This document shows positions 38,637 to 48,339 of a stretch of DNA of 64,000 nt, one piece after another (positions within the stretch are counted from its first letter, which is position 1; every line of letters begins with the position of its first letter). The notes beneath the pieces are model-generated. The model ran no database searches and was not told where the DNA came from. It saw nothing but the letters and a program-made list of their open reading frames with translations. The DNA comes from Patescibacteria group bacterium (lineage in GTDB: Bacteria; Patescibacteriota; Minisyncoccia; Phycocordibacterales; Phycocordibacteraceae). Position numbers and translations under genes: made by a program. The DNA lies in contig JAGWVF010000005.1 of assembly GCA_018971045.1 (NCBI GenBank), forward strand, positions 10,764 to 74,763, written 5' to 3'.

Positions 38637-39149
38637 ATGCCTAACGATATAGAACGAAAAGCAGACGAGATACTCGATGCATCTGGCTTGCGCACGATAC
38701 CAGTTCCGATTGAGGAGATTGCGGAACACTTCAAGATGCATATTGGTCGTGCGCCGAGCAATGACTTCTCCGGTATGCTCATACGTAAAGATGGCGCTGC
38801 ACTCATCGGTGTTAACAGCACAGAGCATCCGCGCCGCCAACGCTTCACGATCGCGCACGAGATCGGACACTTTTTCCTACACCCTACAAAGAATGTTCTT
38901 GTTGATTATCGAAAGTCCTCTAAGGGTACCCACAGGACGCTCAAAGAAAAGGAGGCAGATATTTTCGCAGCTTCACTACTTATGCCAGCACGAGAATTGA
39001 CCAGAGATTTTATAAAAGTGGCTGGCGGCATACTTACAGATGAAGAGCAAAGAAAAAGCGTGGTGAGTCTTTTGGCTACTAAATATGAGGTGAGCGAAGA
39101 GGCAATGAATATTCGATTACTGGGATTGGGAATGCCAGAACGCGCGTAA
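38637..39149 (+). CDS. ImmA/IrrE-family zinc metallopeptidase
   Basis: HEIGHFFLH (HEXXH). COG2856-like. Immediately downstream of the XRE gene. Confidence 0.75.
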   Translation: MPNDIERKADEILDASGLRTIPVPIEEIAEHFKMHIGRAPSNDFSGMLIRKDGAALIGVNSTEHPRRQRFTIAHEIGHFFLHPTKNVLVDYRKSSKGTHRTLKEKEADIFAASLLMPARELTRDFIKVAGGILTDEEQRKSVVSLLATKYEVSEEAMNIRLLGLGMPERA

Positions 39150-39156
39150 GCCTCTC

Positions 39157-40476
39157 CTATTCCAAAGTCACTTTCCTATCCCTCATCACCAACCTGCTCT
39201 TGAGACACGCTAGCAGCTCCCGCTTCTCTGTAAGCGTCCCGTCGCGCAGCAAGTACTTCGCATAGCTGCGTACATCCACATCGGTATTGCGCTCCTTCGT
39301 TTTCATCCCGAGCACGCCGATGCGGAAGCGGTTGAATCGCGCGATCTCATCCTCGATCTTAGAGCGCATACCGATCTCATCCATGTCGACGGTGTCGAGC
39401 AAACCGGTTAGCTCCTCGATCAAATCTTTCTCATTGATCGGCGGATTCTTGCACTCGACACCCTTGCCGCGAGTGCACATGTAATAGACATGCCGATTGG
39501 TGCCGCCGTCCTTGAGCCGCTTGAATTTCTCGTCGGCGGTGATGCCGCTCTCGCAGTAGCCGCAGCATATCAGTTTTGTGAACGCGAATTCTTTGCTTTC
39601 TGTCTTGGGTATGTAGTGGTCTTGGATGGACGCCTGTACCCGGTCGAACAGCTCCTTGGCGATGATGGGCTGGTGCTTGCCCTGATACCAGTTGCCGCTC
39701 CCTGCCGGATACTCGAACTCGCCGTAGTAGAAAGGGTTGCGCAGGAGGAGGTAGACGTTCCCGAGGACGAGTGCTTTGCCGCTTTTCGTCTTGAAGCCGA
39801 TCTTTTTCAGCCATCGGTACACTTGCCGCCCGCTCCAGCTCTCGTTGCCGACTTTCTCGAAGATTTGCCGTACCGTGACCGACCGCTTCGGATCGATCCG
39901 CAGCTGCCCGCGCCGATCGAGGTGGTTTTCGTTGAGGTAGCCGGTCGGTGCGGGTCCCGGCCGCCAGCCCATCTCACATCGGGCCCGCAGACCGCGCTTC
40001 ACGTTGATGACTTTCTGATCGTTCTCCAGCTTCGCCTGCGATCCGAGAATCATGAGCATGAATTTCTCATTCGGGTTGTTCGTGAAGCGCTGCGAATAAG
40101 TGCGAATGTCGACGAGCTTGCCCTGGTCGATGAGATCGACGACTGCGCCAAGGTCTCCCGCGTTGCGTGAGAGCCGATCCGGCGCCCACGTGAGAATGCC
40201 GTTGAATTTGCCCTCTCGAATTTCTTTGAGCAGCTCGTTGTACACGGCACGCTGGCCGACCTCTTTGGAGGAGTGTGACTCGCGCTTGATCTCCGCGATA
40301 TGCAACCCCTCGCGCTCGGCGAGCGTCGTCATCTCCCGCACCTGCGAATCGATGGAGAGCGCCTGCTTGTCCTCTTCCTCGGTGCTCTTGCGGGCGTAAA
40401 GACAGTAGTTGACTGGTAATGGAACTGCGAGTGGTAATGGCCCAGAAACCCGATCTCTTGTGTAATGATTTCTCAT
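39157..40476 (-). CDS. large serine recombinase
   Basis: Resolvase catalytic domain (YARKSTEEE…SIDSQ), recombinase domain, and a C-terminal Cys-rich zinc ribbon (CCGYCE…C). Start trimmed to MRNHYT. Confidence 0.8.
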   Translation of the reverse strand: MRNHYTRDRVSGPLPLAVPLPVNYCLYARKSTEEEDKQALSIDSQVREMTTLAEREGLHIAEIKRESHSSKEVGQRAVYNELLKEIREGKFNGILTWAPDRLSRNAGDLGAVVDLIDQGKLVDIRTYSQRFTNNPNEKFMLMILGSQAKLENDQKVINVKRGLRARCEMGWRPGPAPTGYLNENHLDRRGQLRIDPKRSVTVRQIFEKVGNESWSGRQVYRWLKKIGFKTKSGKALVLGNVYLLLRNPFYYGEFEYPAGSGNWYQGKHQPIIAKELFDRVQASIQDHYIPKTESKEFAFTKLICCGYCESGITADEKFKRLKDGGTNRHVYYMCTRGKGVECKNPPINEKDLIEELTGLLDTVDMDEIGMRSKIEDEIARFNRFRIGVLGMKTKERNTDVDVRSYAKYLLRDGTLTEKRELLACLKSRLVMRDRKVTLE

Positions 40477-40576
40477 ATACCCCAAGGGATGACGCAACGG
40501 TCTGGGGAGTCCAGGCTCCCTCAAACTCGAGGAGTTGGTAACTCCGCTTCGCAAAACCCCGAGACTAAGTTAGGGT

Positions 40577-40798
40577 CTTGGACGGTAGACCCATTAAGAG
40601 CTATCATGTTCTATACAACTGAATATCAGTCGGCCTAAACCATAGTTTTCTATGGCATGGCCGAGAAGCCGTCCAAGGCAGAAAGCTCCTCGTCGGGAGC
40701 AACCTTGGACGGTCCCACCGGGAAACTGGTGGTGGGTGGCGCAAGCCATCGCCTGGCGGGGAGCTTTGTGTATTCCAGCCAGTAAAAACCGTCCAAGG
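40577..40798. repeat. four copies of CCGTCCAAGG in alternating orientation upstream of mod
   Basis: Copies at 40577-85 (reverse), 40669-78 (forward), 40704-13 (reverse), 40789-98 (forward, abutting the mod ATG). Confidence 0.45.
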
Positions 40799-40800
40799 TT

Positions 40801-42510
40801 ATGTCCGATATAAAACAAACCGAGCTCAACGCTCGGATCTCAGAATTAGAATCTGAGATCAAAAAATTGAAGAGTGCGAAAACCTACGGCCTCATTTGGG
40901 AAGATAAACCTGAGGACGTCATTTTGCAGTGCCGCGATAGTGTGCCGGTCCTCCGCGAGGTAAAGAATAAAAAGATTGTCGCCGATCCATCGTTACCGAC
41001 AAATCTGTTGATCGAGGGCGACAACTACCACTCACTCTCGGTCTTGAACTACACGCATCGCGGCCAATTCGACGTGATCTACGCCGACCCGCCGTATAAC
41101 ACCGGCAACAAGAGCTGGCGCTACAACAACGATTACATCGAAAAAGAGGACGAGTTTCGGCACAGCAAGTGGCTCTCGTATATCAATAAGAGGGTGCGCC
41201 TCGCCAAAAATCTTTTAAGCGATTCGGGCATTCTGATTTTCGCCATCGACGATTACGAAGCGCATACGCTTCGGCTCCTGCTCGACGAGATCATGGGCGA
41301 AGACAATCGGCTTGGCACCGTCGCCGTGGTACATAATCCGCGGGGACGGAACGACGATAGATTTTTCGCGACGCAGCACGAGTACATGCTCGTGTACGCG
41401 AAGGATAAAGATAAGGCCGTGCTCGGAAATTTCGACCTCACCGATGAAGAGCGCGGCCAGTACAAAAAGAGCGACGATATCTCATCGTATTCGGAGGCGT
41501 CGTTCATGCGTACCGGCAATAACTCCACTCCTCGGGAGCGTCCGAAACTTTTCTATCCGATTTTTTACAACCCGAAAACCCAGAAACTGTCGCTCAAAAA
41601 AGCGAAGGATTCGATTGAGCTTTTGCCGATCAACGAAGCAGGCGAAGAGAAAACGTGGCGCTGGGGCACGGCCACATTCGAGAAACTTTGCGATACGGAT
41701 CTGTTCGTCAAAACGGTAAAGGGCAAATACCGCATATTCAAGAAACGCCGCCTCACCGACGAGGCAGGAAAAAAGCCGAAATCGATTTGGTACAACCCGC
41801 GTTATGACGCCTCAACGTACGGCATCATGGTGCTTCAGGACATCTTTGGGCGAGGCAATCATTTTAACTATCCGAAGTCGTTGCTTTTGATGGAGGACAT
41901 CCTTGAGGTCACCTCGAAACCAGACTCGCTCGTTCTCGATTTCTTTGCCGGTTCGGGAACAACCGGTCACGCTGTGCTCAACCTCAATGAAAGAGACGGC
42001 GGCGCACGCCGGTTTATTCTATGTACAAACAACGAAAATAACATTTGCGAAGAAGTGACTTACGAACGAATCAAGCGCGTCGTAAAGGGCTACAAAGATC
42101 GCCGAGGCAACGCCGTCGATGGAGTGCTCGGCAATCTCGGTTACTACAAAACCGATCTCGTGAATATCGAAAAGCTGCAAACCATATCCGATACGGCCAG
42201 ACTCAAAATTACGTACCAGGCGGGCGAGATGATCGCGATCCGTGAAGACACGCTCGCAGAAAAGGAGAAAAATGAGTGGTGGCAAATATTCGAGGGGCAC
42301 GGTCGATCCACTGCTATTTATTTCAGAGAGGACAAATTGCGTCTCGGCGATCTCGTCAAAGAATTAAATGCCACTAGTAATCCTTCGACGCTCTATGTCT
42401 TCGGCTGGGGCAAGAACGACTACAAGAACGAGTACACCAGTCCGTTGATTCGCGTCGAGGATATCCCAGAGCCGATCATCGAAGTTTATAAGGAAATCAA
42501 TCGGCTCTAA
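40801..42510 (+). CDS. type III restriction-modification methyltransferase (Mod)
   Basis: DPPYNTG motif. The N-terminal LIWEDKPE…LLIEGDN block is typical of type III Mod. Confidence 0.8.
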   Translation: MSDIKQTELNARISELESEIKKLKSAKTYGLIWEDKPEDVILQCRDSVPVLREVKNKKIVADPSLPTNLLIEGDNYHSLSVLNYTHRGQFDVIYADPPYNTGNKSWRYNNDYIEKEDEFRHSKWLSYINKRVRLAKNLLSDSGILIFAIDDYEAHTLRLLLDEIMGEDNRLGTVAVVHNPRGRNDDRFFATQHEYMLVYAKDKDKAVLGNFDLTDEERGQYKKSDDISSYSEASFMRTGNNSTPRERPKLFYPIFYNPKTQKLSLKKAKDSIELLPINEAGEEKTWRWGTATFEKLCDTDLFVKTVKGKYRIFKKRRLTDEAGKKPKSIWYNPRYDASTYGIMVLQDIFGRGNHFNYPKSLLLMEDILEVTSKPDSLVLDFFAGSGTTGHAVLNLNERDGGARRFILCTNNENNICEEVTYERIKRVVKGYKDRRGNAVDGVLGNLGYYKTDLVNIEKLQTISDTARLKITYQAGEMIAIREDTLAEKEKNEWWQIFEGHGRSTAIYFREDKLRLGDLVKELNATSNPSTLYVFGWGKNDYKNEYTSPLIRVEDIPEPIIEVYKEINRL

Positions 42511-42511
42511 T

Positions 42512-44830
42512 ATGATTGCTCTCAAACCATTTCAAGAGACCGCTGTATCCAAGCTCAAGAACGAGTTTCTGTCCCTCTGGAAATCCTCGCGCATAAATAT
42601 TCCGCTGGTGTTTAAATCGCCGACTGGCTCAGGCAAGACGATCATGCTCGCGCAGTTCCTGCGCGATCTCGTCGGCGACCCACGCTTCCAGGGAAACGAT
42701 GTCGCGTTTATATGGTTCTCGTTCAGCGAGGATTCGTATCTGCAAAGCAAGAAACGGCTCTTTAGGTATTACGGCGGCGCGTCTGAACTCGATCTTCTCG
42801 ACCTCAACGATCTCACGCGCGGCAAGCTGGAAAAGAACAATGTCTTTTTTATCAATTGGCAGAAAATCAAAGGACGCTCGAAAGAGAGCCGCAAACTTCG
42901 CCGCCATAACGAGTGGGGCCATACGTTCGACAATTTCATTAATCGCTCCCATGCCGACGGCCGACAACTCGTCGTAATAATCGATGAAGAACACATCGGT
43001 TCGGATACCGATCTCGCCCTCGAGGTCGTCGAGGGGTTGATCAAGCCGCGCATTACCGTCCGCGTGTCGGCCACACCAAAATATATTCCGAATGCCGAGG
43101 AAATCTCCGACAAACGCAGCGGATTCCTGCAGGTCAAGCGTGATGAGGTGATTGAGTCTGGCCTCATCAAGGAAAAAGTCGTGTTTCAGACCGAGGAAGA
43201 TCTCGCGCGAAAAGAATTCAAGAAGATGGATCAGGACGATATCCTGCTTGAGCTCGCGTTCAAAAAGCGCCTCGGCCTCGCCAAACACTACAAGGCGTTG
43301 GACGTCGACGTTAATCCGCTTGTCTTAATCCAGCTGCCCAACGACGATCAGGCGGGCAAAGGCACCGGAACAAACAAGCAAGACATCGTCGTCGCTTTCT
43401 TGAAGCAACACGGCGTACGCAATGAGGAAATCGCAATCTGGCTGTCGCAAGAAAAAATGAATCTTGATGACATAGAGAAAAATGATTCACCAGTTTCGTT
43501 TCTTCTTTTCAAACAAGCTGCTGCGACGGGATGGGATTGTCCTCGGGCAAGCGTGCTGGTCATGTTCCGTGAGATCAAGAATCCGACCTTCGCAATCCAG
43601 ACGGTCGGCAGGATTTTGCGAATGCCGTTCGGTACCCACTTCGCGCAACCCGAACTCAACATTGGATATTTGTATACCAACTACAGGCGTGATGAAGTGC
43701 TTGCCGAGTATGCGCGATCTAAAAGCGACAATCGGCCGGCTATTAATGCAAGTTATCGAAAGCAGGACGTAACACCGGTGCGGGTGGATTCGGTATTCAT
43801 GAGTCGTACCGACTACAACGACCTCGGCGACAGTTTCCAAAGTACGTTTGAGAAAATTGCTGACGGCTATTTCGGATTGACTACAAGTCAGGGTGCAATG
43901 AACTCGCTGGAATCGAAAGGACTTGCTATCGGAGCGACTGTGACAAATGGACTCATCGTCGATGTCGAGATCGACGATTACGACAACTTTACAAACGAGC
44001 TGCTGACAGAGGGCAGCAGCCACGATCAAGAGATGTCCCAGTACGATCTTGAGCGCCTCTACAATTTGCTCTGCTTCAAGCTGATCGCAAAGCAGGTGGA
44101 TGAGAATAAGAAATTCGCACCGGAACGCTCGTGGGGCAAATTGAAAACAGCTCTAAACGTATGGCTATCAAAGTATATCGGGGATTCGCGTCACGAACTG
44201 TATACCGTTATCGTTTTTGATTTACTGAATCCCAACGGCGTACTCGCGCCGCTCATCGGTGATGCGCTCGCGGCATACCGCCCTATTCGCGAGCACGAGG
44301 TCAACAAAAAATCGGAACGTGCAAAGCGAACAGAGACCATTGAGATTCCCCGCGACTCACTTTTCTATACCGATCAGTTCAAGGAAATGAAAGTGTCGAA
44401 ATCCGCCATGACCCCCTTCTTTATCGAGAAGGACTATCAGGGAGAAGATAACGAAAAGGAATTTATCGCATTCCTTGAAGTGCACAAACGGGTTGTGTGG
44501 TGGTATAAGAACGGCGACGCCGGTAGCGAGTTTTTCTCGATCTCGTATCGCAACCCCGACGAGAATAAAGAAAAGCTTTTTTATCCCGACTGGATCGTAA
44601 AGACCAAAGATACCATTTGGGTAATCGATACGAAAAAGGGCGCGACGGCTGAACTTTCTGACACGAAGTACAAGGCCGAAGCGCTCCAGCAATGGCTCGC
44701 GACGCATAAAAATTTTCAAGGCGGCATTGCAGTTCAAGACGGTCCTAACGGCTGGAAGCTCAACAACTCTAAAACCTACTCGTATACGCAGTCGCTGAAC
44801 GGTTGGTCGCGTTTGGCAGATCTGTTTTAG
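42512..44830 (+). CDS. type III restriction endonuclease / helicase subunit (Res)
   Basis: SF2 helicase motifs (SPTGSGKT, VIIDEEH). Starts 1 nt after mod. Confidence 0.8.
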   Translation: MIALKPFQETAVSKLKNEFLSLWKSSRINIPLVFKSPTGSGKTIMLAQFLRDLVGDPRFQGNDVAFIWFSFSEDSYLQSKKRLFRYYGGASELDLLDLNDLTRGKLEKNNVFFINWQKIKGRSKESRKLRRHNEWGHTFDNFINRSHADGRQLVVIIDEEHIGSDTDLALEVVEGLIKPRITVRVSATPKYIPNAEEISDKRSGFLQVKRDEVIESGLIKEKVVFQTEEDLARKEFKKMDQDDILLELAFKKRLGLAKHYKALDVDVNPLVLIQLPNDDQAGKGTGTNKQDIVVAFLKQHGVRNEEIAIWLSQEKMNLDDIEKNDSPVSFLLFKQAAATGWDCPRASVLVMFREIKNPTFAIQTVGRILRMPFGTHFAQPELNIGYLYTNYRRDEVLAEYARSKSDNRPAINASYRKQDVTPVRVDSVFMSRTDYNDLGDSFQSTFEKIADGYFGLTTSQGAMNSLESKGLAIGATVTNGLIVDVEIDDYDNFTNELLTEGSSHDQEMSQYDLERLYNLLCFKLIAKQVDENKKFAPERSWGKLKTALNVWLSKYIGDSRHELYTVIVFDLLNPNGVLAPLIGDALAAYRPIREHEVNKKSERAKRTETIEIPRDSLFYTDQFKEMKVSKSAMTPFFIEKDYQGEDNEKEFIAFLEVHKRVVWWYKNGDAGSEFFSISYRNPDENKEKLFYPDWIVKTKDTIWVIDTKKGATAELSDTKYKAEALQQWLATHKNFQGGIAVQDGPNGWKLNNSKTYSYTQSLNGWSRLADLF

Positions 44831-44866
44831 GAGTAGGTTATTACTAATTTATTTATTTCTAACATC

Positions 44867-45586
44867 ATGAAAAAAGTTCTCCTCGTTTCCGTTCTCTCTT
44901 TAGCAATCGCCACCCCGGCCTTTGCTGCAGGCCCATACACTACTGGCCAGCAGGGATATGATGTCGGGTTTAATACTAGCTCGTTGCCGGTAGCACCATT
45001 CGGCTTCGGTGTGGTTGGTACCGACGGCGGTCGCGCGTATACACACAATCCCAACTTCGCTATCCAGTTCGCGTGGGCCAAGCAAGGCACCGATGCATCA
45101 GCTGTATACATGAACCTCAACACGGACGTCGGCAGCTACGTGCATGGCAACGTTTCGTCACCCAAAATCTGCAAGGGAGGCGACTCGCTCTGCAAAGCGT
45201 ACAACTATGGCTACAACGCCGCGGCCAGTTCCTTCGCATATGCAACGCAGCAGGGCGCAGCATCAACACTCTGGTGGCTCGACATTGAAACTGCTAACAG
45301 CTGGTCATCGAAGACCACAGTCAACGACGCAACTGTGCAAGGCGCAATCGATTACCTCAACACACAGGGCATCACGGTCGGCGTCTACGCTATCCCGAGT
45401 CAGTGGCAGCAGCTCATGGGATCAAGCTTCGTGCCAGTGCAAACCGGCGGTACTCCCAACTGGTACGCCGACGGCTATAACAGTAATTACGCGAGCGAGT
45501 GCAATGCACCGTTTATCCCAGGAAGTAGCGTCTGGCTGGTGCAGTATCTCCAGAACAGCACGACGGACAACGACTACGGATGCTAA
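44867..45586 (+). CDS. secreted protein, possible glycoside-hydrolase-like fold
   Basis: Signal peptide. LWWLDIE…GVYA pattern. Function uncertain. Confidence 0.45.
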   Translation: MKKVLLVSVLSLAIATPAFAAGPYTTGQQGYDVGFNTSSLPVAPFGFGVVGTDGGRAYTHNPNFAIQFAWAKQGTDASAVYMNLNTDVGSYVHGNVSSPKICKGGDSLCKAYNYGYNAAASSFAYATQQGAASTLWWLDIETANSWSSKTTVNDATVQGAIDYLNTQGITVGVYAIPSQWQQLMGSSFVPVQTGGTPNWYADGYNSNYASECNAPFIPGSSVWLVQYLQNSTTDNDYGC

Positions 45587-45589
45587 CCA

Positions 45590-46636
45590 TTATTCCTTCA
45601 GCCAGAACCAGAATCGGTTCCGCAATTCTTCCGCCAATTCATATGCATCCGCGTGAGACAAAACACCGAGGTACGAGCGCAAGGAGCCAGACAGGGTTTC
45701 TTCCCTAATATCCCCCTTCTTGTATGCAGATACATTTTCCCGCAGCTTGCGAAACATGCGATGCTCAGTCTTTTTTCTCAAAGCAATATGATGCGGCAGG
45801 ATAACGTAACCCAAAAAATCGATGCCTTGTCCATATGGCCGCAGAATGACTTTTCTGGGGTGAAGCTCCAGGCGGAGCCGTTGGGCCAAGAATGCACGTA
45901 TCGGTGGCAGCAAGCCTTCGAGGTACCTCTTATCGCACGATACTATTACAAAGTCGTCCGTGTACCGCGCATAATTCTTTACGCGCAGCCCGTGCTTGAT
46001 GAATTGATCGAACTCGTTCATGTAAATGTTCGCGAACAGCTGCGACGTAAGATTGCCAATGGGTATACCGCGTCGTTCAAAGAGCATAGCACTTGTCGAA
46101 AAGCTCTCAACGATTTCTCGCATGAGCCACATGGTGTCATCATCGCGGATTCTCTTCTGAAGAATCGCAAGCAATACATCGTGGTCGATCGAATCGAAGA
46201 ATTTTCGCACGTCGCACTTGAGCGCCCAACATTTCCTCGAGCCGTTCCGGCTCTCAGCTCGCAGCATGTCGGCTACGCTTTTCACACCCTTGTGCGTACC
46301 TTTCCCGATCCGGCACGAAAAGGATGTGGAAATAAAGGTGGGTTCAAAAATTGGATTCAGCACTCTGAAAATTGCGTGATGCAAGACACGATCCCTAACT
46401 ACCGCTTTATGAATGCGACGCAGCTTTGGATCGCGGATCCAAAAGCCGTAATAGCGACCGTGTTTGTACGTTTTATCGTGCAATTCGCGGCGCAATTTAA
46501 AAATTTCTTTTTCGACACGCTGTTCAAATTCGGCGACGTCGACTTTGTTCCGCTTGTCGCTTTTGAATATATCCCACGCCGCAAAAAGATTCTGTGCGGA
46601 CATTATTAGCGGAAAAATATTTTTACGTGTCTTCAT
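45590..46636 (-). CDS. reverse transcriptase of a diversity-generating retroelement
   Basis: RT motifs: LKCDVRKFFDSIDH (A), GIPIGNLTSQLFANIYMNEFD (B'), YARYTDDFVI (C). An alternative start MSAQNL is at 46603. Confidence 0.8.
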   Translation of the reverse strand: MKTRKNIFPLIMSAQNLFAAWDIFKSDKRNKVDVAEFEQRVEKEIFKLRRELHDKTYKHGRYYGFWIRDPKLRRIHKAVVRDRVLHHAIFRVLNPIFEPTFISTSFSCRIGKGTHKGVKSVADMLRAESRNGSRKCWALKCDVRKFFDSIDHDVLLAILQKRIRDDDTMWLMREIVESFSTSAMLFERRGIPIGNLTSQLFANIYMNEFDQFIKHGLRVKNYARYTDDFVIVSCDKRYLEGLLPPIRAFLAQRLRLELHPRKVILRPYGQGIDFLGYVILPHHIALRKKTEHRMFRKLRENVSAYKKGDIREETLSGSLRSYLGVLSHADAYELAEELRNRFWFWLKE

Positions 46637-46990
46637 ATGAGCATTGAAACCGACATGCCGATTTTTAAGAAAACGTATGATTTATACAAATCATTCCACC
46701 AACTGCGGGATTCAGTCCCTAAGCAGGATCGATACACGCTTTGGCAGCGCTGCGAGAATCTGCTTCTCGAAGTCTTTGAGGGCATTATGCTGGCAAGTCA
46801 GATGCCAAAATCAGATAAAGTACCCGTGTTGGAGCGCACAAGCCTCAAACTGAATTTTTTGCGCGTATTCATCCGACTCACAAAAGACGTGAAGGCCATC
46901 GACAACAAGAAATATCTTGCGATTGAAGCATCGCTCGATGAGATTGGCCGCATGCTCGGCGGTTGGATACGTTCGTCCAAAGAGCGCTGA
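46637..46990 (+). CDS. avd: Avd-like four-helix-bundle accessory protein (opposite strand to RT and TR)
   Basis: TIGR02436-like sequence (…SLDEIGRMLGGWIRS). Possible later start MPIFKK at 46655. Confidence 0.6.
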   Translation: MSIETDMPIFKKTYDLYKSFHQLRDSVPKQDRYTLWQRCENLLLEVFEGIMLASQMPKSDKVPVLERTSLKLNFLRVFIRLTKDVKAIDNKKYLAIEASLDEIGRMLGGWIRSSKER

Positions 46991-47037
46991 CGAGAAACGC
47001 CCACTGTAGTGGGCGTTCCCGGAGTGGAGAAATACTG

Positions 47038-47153
47038 CCGGGCAGAGGCGACACCCAAGTTCGAGTTCCGGTTGTCGTCCCAGTAGTTGTTGACGTTGAG
47101 CCCGTTGGCGTCGAAGTTGCCGACGTTGACACGGTTGCCGTCCGAGTCGAGAT
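47038..47153 (-). repeat. DGR template repeat (TR)
   Basis: 116 nt, near-identical to the VR. All mismatches are at TR adenines (minus strand). The 3' 22 nt are identical (IMH-like). Confidence 0.7.
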
Positions 47154-47451
47154 TATTGCCCGCTTCCGTCCATGACCCGCTCATACGCGGCACTGGATCT
47201 CGAGGTTTACCGAAGGGCTTACACCTCATTCCTATATCCTCTCAATCCTGAATTTTATTCGGGAGCAGCGTTCTTGCGAACGCACCTCCGCTGAAAACGG
47301 GCAAGAAGTTAAATCTCCTCCTCAATCGCGCGCTGCCGCAATCCGTAGACGGCGGCACTCTGGCGAGTCTCAAAGGTGAGACATCCCGCGAGGCTGAACC
47401 GTGATCCAGTCTGCATTAGCAGGATGCAATTACTCTAGCATATAAAAAAAC

Positions 47452-47488
47452 AAAGAGCCCTCGCGCTAAAAATTTTGCGCGAGGGCCC
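47452..47488 (-). terminator. rho-independent terminator of the DGR target gene
   Basis: gccctcgcgc-taaaaattttg-cgcgagggc. Followed on the minus strand by a T-run. Confidence 0.5.
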
Positions 47489-47526
47489 AAGGAATCAAGA
47501 GGAACAAGCCCTCAAGGATTCAAGGT

Positions 47527-48339
47527 TCAGAACTTCCGGGCAGAGGCGACACCCAAGGGCGAGTACCGGTAGTCGACCCAGTAGTCGTAGACGTAGAGCC
47601 CGCTGGCGTCGAAGTAGCCGACGTAGACACGGTAGCCGCCCGAGTCGAGACTGGAAGTGCGAACGTAGATGTCGTCCTCCAGCAGATAGACGTCGTTGAC
47701 GGCCTTGTAGGTCGTGAGACCCCAGGTCACCTCGGCGGCGTTTGGGACGTAGAGCGGCGATTGCACGAGAGCCCGCTGCTCTTCCCAGTTCTTGGACAGC
47801 GAGTCGTTGACCGGCTCCTTGCGGAGCGCCAGCCAGCCCAGCGCGTCGATCTTGTCGTTGCGGGAGAACTTCTCCTTGCCGTCGTCGTACCAGCCCTCGT
47901 CGTCCTGTTCCGGCCCCTTCGAGTAGAAGTAGTCGGCGTGCAGGGCGCGAATGTCGAGCATCGACATCGCCGTGGGCGGACCCGCGACGAGGAACATGCC
48001 GGCGTCGCGGATCGCTTCGAGCGTTGCCTTGTCGGGCAAGCTCTTGCCGAGCGCGATCAACTGATCCTCGGTGTACGTGAGGTCACGCGCCGTCGCGATC
48101 TGGTCGGCAGAAATGAAGTCCTTGCCGAGGATCGAACGGGCTTCGGTATAGTCCGGCAGCTTGGAAGTGAATCGGCTGATGCCGGCCACGATGTAGGCCT
48201 GGAATTCGCCACCGCGCTCGATGAGCCGTTGGATGCCGTCCTTGTCGGGGCTGACTTCCTTGAGCGCGCGATTGCTCGCATCCTCGACGAAGCGGGTGAA
48301 CTGCTTGGACTGGTCGGACGTGATCGATTGCATCGTCAT
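47527..48339 (-). CDS. DGR target protein with C-terminal C-type-lectin-like variable region
   Basis: 270 aa. C-terminus …SGGYRVYVGYFDASGLYVYDYWVDYRYSPLGVASARKF carries the VR. Confidence 0.7.
   Translation of the reverse strand: MTMQSITSDQSKQFTRFVEDASNRALKEVSPDKDGIQRLIERGGEFQAYIVAGISRFTSKLPDYTEARSILGKDFISADQIATARDLTYTEDQLIALGKSLPDKATLEAIRDAGMFLVAGPPTAMSMLDIRALHADYFYSKGPEQDDEGWYDDGKEKFSRNDKIDALGWLALRKEPVNDSLSKNWEEQRALVQSPLYVPNAAEVTWGLTTYKAVNDVYLLEDDIYVRTSSLDSGGYRVYVGYFDASGLYVYDYWVDYRYSPLGVASARKF
47536..47650 (-). repeat. DGR variable repeat (VR)
   Basis: Aligned to TR by eye. VR has Y/S/D/V/P where TR encodes N or D (AAC to TAC, AGC, GAC, etc). Confidence 0.7.

Noticed and set aside
46798-47229. 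143-aa minus-strand ORF containing lectin-like …GNFDANGLNVNNYW…
   Set aside because: It spans the DGR template repeat and overlaps avd. The similarity to the target is because TR is a copy of VR, not because it is a gene.
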